Positions 61,701 to 64,000 of a stretch of 64,000 bases of DNA are shown here, in pieces. How positions within the stretch are numbered: position 1 is the first letter of the stretch; the number at the start of each line of letters is the position of its first letter. The stretch is from a candidate division FCPU426 bacterium (GTDB taxonomy: Bacteria > Oederibacteriota > Muellerivitia > Muellerivitales > Muellerivitaceae): positions 32,001-96,000 of the forward strand of contig CAVRAL010000004.1 of NCBI GenBank assembly GCA_963719085.1, given 5' to 3'. A program made the position numbers and the translations under genes. The notes below the pieces were generated by a model that made no database searches, was not told the origin of the DNA, and saw only the letters and a list, made by a program, of their open reading frames with translations.

Positions 61701-63560
61701 TGTCTGGGTTAAGGTCACCGTAGGCGTTGGCGTCACAGTCACAGTCGGTGTCGGAGTCAGCGTGATGGTGGGCGTGAAAGTGAAAGTCGCCGTCGGGGTG
61801 GGAGTCAGGGTCCTGGTGGCTGTTGGGGTGGGTGTCGGGGTCAAGCAGTTTAAAGCCTCATAAGCGCCCACGTCCCAGGTTTTGCATTGGGGACGGGTGT
61901 TATAGTCCCGGTCAATACCGATACCGTCATTGGTGCCCGCGTCGATCAAAATCGAACCCGTCGCCAGGTGATAATCCGACCCGTAATTCACGAAAGCCGC
62001 GGTAGTGATGCTGAAATCCCCTGTTCCTGACAGCGTCGTCTTGACGTAGGCGTCATAGGTGAAGCCGGTCAACTTCGAGGCGCTGACATCCGTGGTGATA
62101 TTGGCGAAAGCGGTATTGGTAACCGTACTGGCGTCGTTATTGTCGCTTTGAAGGAACCCGATGTTGTTGTCGGCAATGGTGGAATTTAAGATTGTCGCGT
62201 AAACGTTATCGGGCAAGTCAATCCCGATCCCGCCCGTGAAGCCGGCCACGACGGCGTTTTGGAGGTACAAGGACTGGCCGTTCCCGGAAGTTGAAATAAT
62301 GCCTTCCGGCGTGGTCCCATTGCCCAAAATGGAAACTTGGTCGAAAGAAACCGCGTTCGTGTTATTGGCGGCGGAATAACTTACCAGCGCCGAGTTGGTC
62401 AGGCCCGTGCTGACGATGGTGTCATTGGTAAAATTGACGCTCCCGTTATTGATGTTGTTCCAGAGAAAAACATTTCCCGTCGCGTTCGGCTGGTTCAAGG
62501 TGAGGCCCAAGATCGAAATCGAGTTGCTGTTGAGGTTTTGGAAATTGCTGAAGATCCCGTTGCCGGAAGAACCCGCATTCCAAGTAATAGATCCAGCCGG
62601 AACAGAGGGATTGGCCTCAAAAACAAGCCCGATTCCCGTCACCGCCACCGACTCGATGTCGTTGTTGAGAAGGACGATGGTGGCTCCCGTGCAGGCTACA
62701 TTCACGGCGGCCTGAATGGACGTGAAGGTCAGCGGTCCGCAGGAAGTGCATCCCACGTTGACATAAAGATCGCCCGAATAGCAGGAGGGGGTCGCGGTGG
62801 CCGTCAGGGTCACCGTCGGGGTTTGAGTGATCGTGAAAGTGAAAACCGGCGTCAAGGTGACGGTCGCGGTCGCGGTGGCTGTCCCGGTCTTGGTAAATGT
62901 CGGGGAAACGGTCGGGGAAGCTGTAACGGTGGGCGTCCGAGTAACCGTCGGAGTGGGGGTGACACTGGGAGTCGGGGTCACCGTCGGCGTGCTGGTCGGC
63001 GTGCTGGTCGGCCCCGTCGAAGCCGTGAAGCCGGCGTGAGCGTACGAAACATTCCCGCCTTGGGTGCCGCAATTCTGGAGATAATCCTCCCCCATGGCGG
63101 CGACGATATTATAGGTCCCCCCGCCGGTAACATCCGCGGAAGGAATCGTCACATTGAAAACCTGCGTCACGGAATTCGCCGCCGTGAAAGAATATCCCGT
63201 ATTCCACGAGGAAGCGTTCGTATCATTCTGGCCGGTGGTCGTCGGGCCAAAGGCCGTCCCCGAGCCTGAATTGCCGTCCACTAGTTCGTATTGACCCGTC
63301 GCGGGGCAGGTCGCGGGGACAGTGACAGCCGACGGCTCCAAAAGAATGTAGAAGTAAATTCCCTGATAATAATTGGTGTCGCTGTAAACAAGGGTGACGC
63401 TCATCGTTCCGCCGGGAGCGACCGAACCGCTGGAAAGCGAGACACTCACCACTGGCGCGGCCAAGACGGATCCGGTCACAAGAAAAGCAAAAGCCACCAA
63501 ACAGGTTTTAAAAAACCCGTGGACCCCCGCGAATATCTTTTTGTTTTTTAACAAGCTCAT
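55710..63560 (-). CDS. Giant secreted surface protein (~2600 aa): beta-helix-like head, very long Thr/Pro/Asn stalk, DUF11 and FlgD-Ig/T9SS-like C-terminus
   Basis: Signal peptide; FTSIQAAVN...[12 protein letters not shown]...D.GAYE (pectin-lyase-like / choice-of-anchor Q-like); same C-terminal architecture as the adjacent paralog, ending KLAILH. Alternative start 63614. Confidence 0.85.
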   Translation of the reverse strand: MSLLKNKKIFAGVHGFFKTCLVAFAFLVTGSVLAAPVVSVSLSSGSVAPGGTMSVTLVYSDTNYYQGIYFYILLEPSAVTVPATCPATGQYELVDGNSGSGTAFGPTTTGQNDTNASSWNTGYSFTAANSVTQVFNVTIPSADVTGGGTYNIVAAMGEDYLQNCGTQGGNVSYAHAGFTASTGPTSTPTSTPTVTPTPSVTPTPTVTRTPTVTASPTVSPTFTKTGTATATATVTLTPVFTFTITQTPTVTLTATATPSCYSGDLYVNVGCTSCGPLTFTSIQAAVNVACTGATIVLLNNDIESVAVTGIGLVFEANPSVPAGSITWNAGSSGNGIFSNFQNLNSNSISILGLTLNQPNATGNVFLWNNINNGSVNFTNDTIVSTGLTNSALVSYSAANNTNAVSFDQVSILGNGTTPEGIISTSGNGQSLYLQNAVVAGFTGGIGIDLPDNVYATILNSTIADNNIGFLQSDNNDASTVTNTAFANITTDVSASKLTGFTYDAYVKTTLSGTGDFSITTAAFVNYGSDYHLATGSILIDAGTNDGIGIDRDYNTRPQCKTWDVGAYEALNCLTPTPTPTATRTLTPTPTATFTFTPTITLTPTPTVTVTPTPTVTLTQTPTITLTQTPTTTPTQTPTLTPTVTLTQTPTVTLTKTPTVTLTPTPTITLTQTPTTTPTNTPTTTPTVTNTPTNTPTTTPTTTPTNTPTNTPTTTPTNTATTTPTKTPTTTPTNTPTVTNTPTNTPTNTPTVTNTLTSTPTNTPTVTNTPTNTPTNTPTVTNTPTNTPTNTPTVTNTPTKTPTSTPTVTNTPTNTPTNTPTVTNTPTNTPTNTPTVTNTPTNTPTVTNTPTNTPTNTPTVTNTPTSTPTNTPTVTNTPTNTPTNTPTVTNTPTNTPTNTPTVTNTPTKTPTNTPTVTNTPTNTPTNTPTVTNTPTNTPTNTPTVTNTPTNTPTNTPTNTPTNTPTVTNTPTNTPTHTPTVTNTPTNTPTNTPTVTNTPTNTPTNTPTVTNTPTNTPTNTPTVTNTPTNTPTNTPTVTNTPTNTPTNTPTVTNTPTNTPTNTPTVTNTPTNTPTNTPTVTNTPTNTPTNTPTVTNTPTNTPTNTPTVTNTPTNTPTNTPTVTNTPTNTPTNTPTVTNTPTSTPTNTPTVTNTPTNTPTNTPTVTNTPTNTPTHTPTVTNTPTNTPTNTPTVTNTPTNTPTNTPTVTNTPTNTPTNTPTVTNTPTNTPTNTPTVTNTPTNTPTNTPTVTNTPTNTPTNTPTVTNTPTSTPTNTPTVTNTPTNTPTNTPTVTNTPTNTPTNTPTVTNTPTNTPTNTPTVTNTPTNTPTNTPTVTSTPTNTPTNTPTVTNTPTNTPTNTPTVTNTPTNTPTVTNTPTNTPTNTPTVTNTPTSTPTNTPTVTNTPTNTPTNTPTVTNTPTNTPTNTPTVTNTPTNTPTNTPTVTNTPTNTPTNTPTVTNTPTNTPTNTPTVTNTPTNTPTNTPTVTNTPTNTPTNTPTVTNTPTNTPTNTPTVTNTPTDTPTVTPTKTPTNTPTVTNTPTDTPTATPTTTATITATNTPTDTPTATLTNTTTNTPTTTATPTPSDTPTTTNTPTVTPTNTPTDTPTVTPTKTPTNTPTVTNTPTDTPTATPTTTATITATNTPTDTPTVTLTNTPTNTPTTTDTPTVTSTKTPTNTPTATATPTVTNTPTDTPTTTDTPTVTPTQTPTNTPTVTNTPTDTPTATPTTTATITATNTPTDTPTTTATPTVTLTNTPTDTPTVTNTPTVTPTKTPTNTPTVTNTPTDTPTTTNTPTVTPTKTPTNTPTVTNTPTDTPTATPTTTATITATNTPTDTPTVTLTNTPTNTPTTTDTPTVTSTKTPTNTPTATATPTVTNTPTDTPTTTDTPTVTPTQTPTNTPTVTNTPTDTPTATPTTTATITDTPTETSTNTPTVTNTPTDTLTVTDTPTVTPTKTPTNTPTATATPTVTNTPTDTPTTTNTPTVTLTHTPTASPTATDTPTMTPTQTPTNTPTFTHTPTDTPTTTPTNSPTDSPTPSSTATPTDSPTSSATPTDTPTLTNTPTVTPTFTPTDSPTTTPTPTTTNTPTDTPTATLTPTATNSPTVTPTASPTATATMTNTPTNSFTPTTTPTPTVTRTPTQTPTATLTFTPTFTPTLTPTPTVTRTPTVTNTPTPTFTMTATFTFTPTPTATPFGSLVKAASETTAHGADVITYTLTYSNLGSTTIFNASVTDTLPSAMIYVAGSASDGGLDNGAEITWSIPSLAPGASLVLTYKAQIGLQVHSGETLVNNACLSYAGITDCVSNSVTMAGDYVVKISVFNSSGELVKTLDTFELASPISSFSLTGDLIQTDGDSVKILYQGMTLDAWDGTNVKGDKVSNGTYFIVVNSTDPLGVSTTVTQQTTVMLKTNSMQFTVFNSSGEIVMTLSKTQLETLIGGPLQTADYDLGLATFSPTVITPSYGNPTGNGSSVLITLGSGRSFRWEGVNAGGKIVSSGQYTLNFTSQISGQAQANVSENVTVLDQNSSPIVKVVVEPNLVYLNQTQKVMFALTLSAPQADNVQVKIYTLAGELVGPALMNDPGNLNWVTWNLSGISLASGMYFADVELREGNQVLDRKIMKLAILH
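59030..61350 (-). repeat. Coding tandem repeat with a 42-bp/14-aa unit ([14 protein letters not shown])
   Basis: Dozens of codon-diversified units within the giant CDS. Confidence 0.9.
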
Positions 63561-64000
63561 AACTTCGTTCCTAATTGACCGGTTAAAAACTTTTTGCCGG
63601 GATAACGTTTGCATTTAAAAAAATAAAAAATCCTAAAATTCGTTTTTAAAATGTGTCGAAGAATGAGGTTCGAAAGAAAAAATTCGAAAAGTCGACGGAC
63701 TGGGCGGCAATTTCAGTTGCCTTGGAATTCGCAAGTTTTTTGACCCTCAATTGCAGGCCGAACCTCGGAATTTGTTTTTATATCAAAGCTTTCACATTAA
63801 ACCTAACGGCTTTAATCCCGTAAAGTTTACCACTTATTATCCCCAAAACTAGTCCCTTTTGGTGCCAAAAAGCCTTTAAAATTGGCAAAATTAGCCATTT
63901 TTGTCAAAAAAAGTTTAACCTGAAAGCAAAGAGCGGCTCGCGTCATCCTTCCCTCACGAAATAACTCACCACCATCCCCAAACAATAGATTTCCAGCTCT

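Noticed and set aside
51228..61863. Long + strand Val/Gly-rich and Arg/Gly-rich ORFs (for example 56964-61298 and 58480-60051)
   Set aside because: Antisense shadows of the Thr/Pro codon repeats; the - strand frames carry the signal peptides and real domains. The same applies near 12376-12852 and 33206-34120.

Overview
Chromosomal window from a GC-rich diderm bacterium. The PorV-like barrel and the many Thr/Pro-stalk proteins with T9SS-like C-termini suggest an FCB-related or candidate lineage (inference only). Left to right: a membrane glycosylation cluster (two YfhO-like GT-C genes, a tandem O-antigen-ligase/TPR protein, aroQ, a GT39-like gene); a PorV-FlgD-OmpA-TPR fusion beside a secreted DUF11 protein; a NifA-like sigma54 activator; an AT-rich 2.9-kb IS1-family cargo transposon; a TolC-MacA-MacB efflux operon; a degenerate adenylate cyclase, mutY and rpiB; redox and housekeeping genes; two Cys-rich cupredoxins; acs; an A2-type cytochrome c oxidase operon; and two giant Thr/Pro-repeat surface proteins. 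The best candidate for an undescribed system lies in the transposon (16520-19426; perfect 20-bp TIRs, 8-bp TSD, transposase interrupted by a nonsense codon). It carries a winged-helix gene and a DUF3800-like putative nuclease gene, faced by a convergent ~80-nt RNA candidate with its own predicted promoter and terminator and two hairpins with identical tops but different basal stems. This resembles an RNA-antitoxin/defence module. All calls were made by eye from the sequence and ORF track; no searches or folding programs were run. No tRNA, rRNA or CRISPR array was seen.
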